A stretch of DNA of 25,057 bases from positions 1 to 25,057 of the IMG/VR virus record IMGVR_UViG_3300044709_000135. One strand, written 5' to 3'. The DNA comes from a virus (Duplodnaviria > Caudoviricetes). How positions within the stretch are numbered: position 1 is the stretch's first letter; the number at the start of each line of letters is the position of its first letter. A model generated the notes under the pieces. That model worked only from the letters and a program-made list of their open reading frames with translations, searched no databases and was not told the origin of the DNA. The translations under genes and the position numbers were made by a program. Of this stretch, positions 24,413 to 25,057 are shown piece by piece.

Positions 24413-24603
24413 GTGACGTCGAACAGAAAACGCGACGCGGCCTCCCGGTGACGATTTTCGTGCGTCGCGTGCGCGACCGCAACAGCGGCGACGAGTACTT
24501 CACCGCCGCGGAGACGCTCGACGAGTTCGACGATCGCGATGTCGTCGGCATCTACCGACGCACCGAGGTGAAGACAATGCGCGTGACGAGGAAGCTGCAG
24601 TGA
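24409..24603 (+). CDS. Hypothetical protein
   Basis: GGAGG RBS, GTGA coupling on both sides. Confidence 0.65.
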   Translation: MSDVEQKTRRGLPVTIFVRRVRDRNSGDEYFTAAETLDEFDDRDVVGIYRRTEVKTMRVTRKLQ

Positions 24604-24827
24604 CGATGCACGCGATCGAAGTGCGGCGTCTTTACGAGCGCAGCGAGATCGCGCAGCAGGGCGGCGCGCGCAATCCTCGTCGGTGTGACGGCGACATCGA
24701 TCCGGGACGCGTCGTGCCGGACGACGACGATTTGGACCGCGGCGGCAACGGCGACGACGACGACGATGCGGATCGCGACGTAGACGACGATCCCGACGGC
24801 GACGCCTCGTGGCGGAGTGAACGTTGA
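24600..24827 (+). CDS. Small Asp-rich protein
   Basis: GTGA coupling; DDDDLDRGGNGDDDDDADRDVDDDPDGD. Confidence 0.5.
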   Translation: MTMHAIEVRRLYERSEIAQQGGARNPRRCDGDIDPGRVVPDDDDLDRGGNGDDDDDADRDVDDDPDGDASWRSER

Positions 24828-25057
24828 ATGTGCTGCGGTCAACACCCGTGACGCGAGAGCTGCGGGGCACACAGCTCGGCGTCACGACTGGCGTAAACGC
24901 GGGGTGACGGAAAGGAGTTCAGCGAGCACGAGGGCCGATCGATCGGCGCGTCGCGGATTCCCAGCGCGCTGAGGACCGATCGGAACCAACGAAGCGGCAC
25001 CGGCGACCGGGCTCATCAACCCGGTCGCTGCGCATCTCCTGGATGAACAGATTCGAC

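Larger units (their letters stand above)
1..25057. mobile_element. Temperate siphovirus-like phage genome segment (tail module - accessory genes - attP - integrase - immunity - early genes)
   Basis: Lambdoid/HK97-like synteny of neck, tail tube, chaperone, tape measure, tyrosine integrase, divergent HTH repressors and a half-tRNA att core. No host housekeeping genes are seen. Confidence 0.95.

Overview
This GC-rich window is about 25 kb of a temperate siphovirus-type phage. The order is neck/tail genes (+, 1-11301), then a leftward accessory block (HigBA toxin-antitoxin, RHH regulator, ArdC-like protein, and an HNH-SF2 helicase with a coupled partner gene). Next come an att core made of the 3' half of tRNA-Leu(GAG) (17293-17348), a small leftward regulatory cassette, a tyrosine integrase, a cI/cro-like switch (about 21.2-22.0 kb) and rightward early genes. 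Late genes on one side of a half-tRNA and int/cI on the other is the attP (excised or virion-form) layout. A host in Acidobacteriota is a guess only. The most notable unexplained signals are: (1) two copies of a structured intergenic element with four GAGGCC boxes and a hairpin that displays GAGGCCCU in its loop, in front of tail genes and next to small Cys/His zinc-finger ORFs, which could be a Mu Com-like RNA switch; (2) a duplicated near-consensus sigma70 promoter with a palindromic operator that links ardC and higBA to an RHH gene, plus a third promoter/RHH cassette built the same way; (3) a compositionally distinct HNH-helicase plus unknown-gene pair beside att, a candidate defence system. 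All family assignments are by eye from motifs and synteny; no searches were run.
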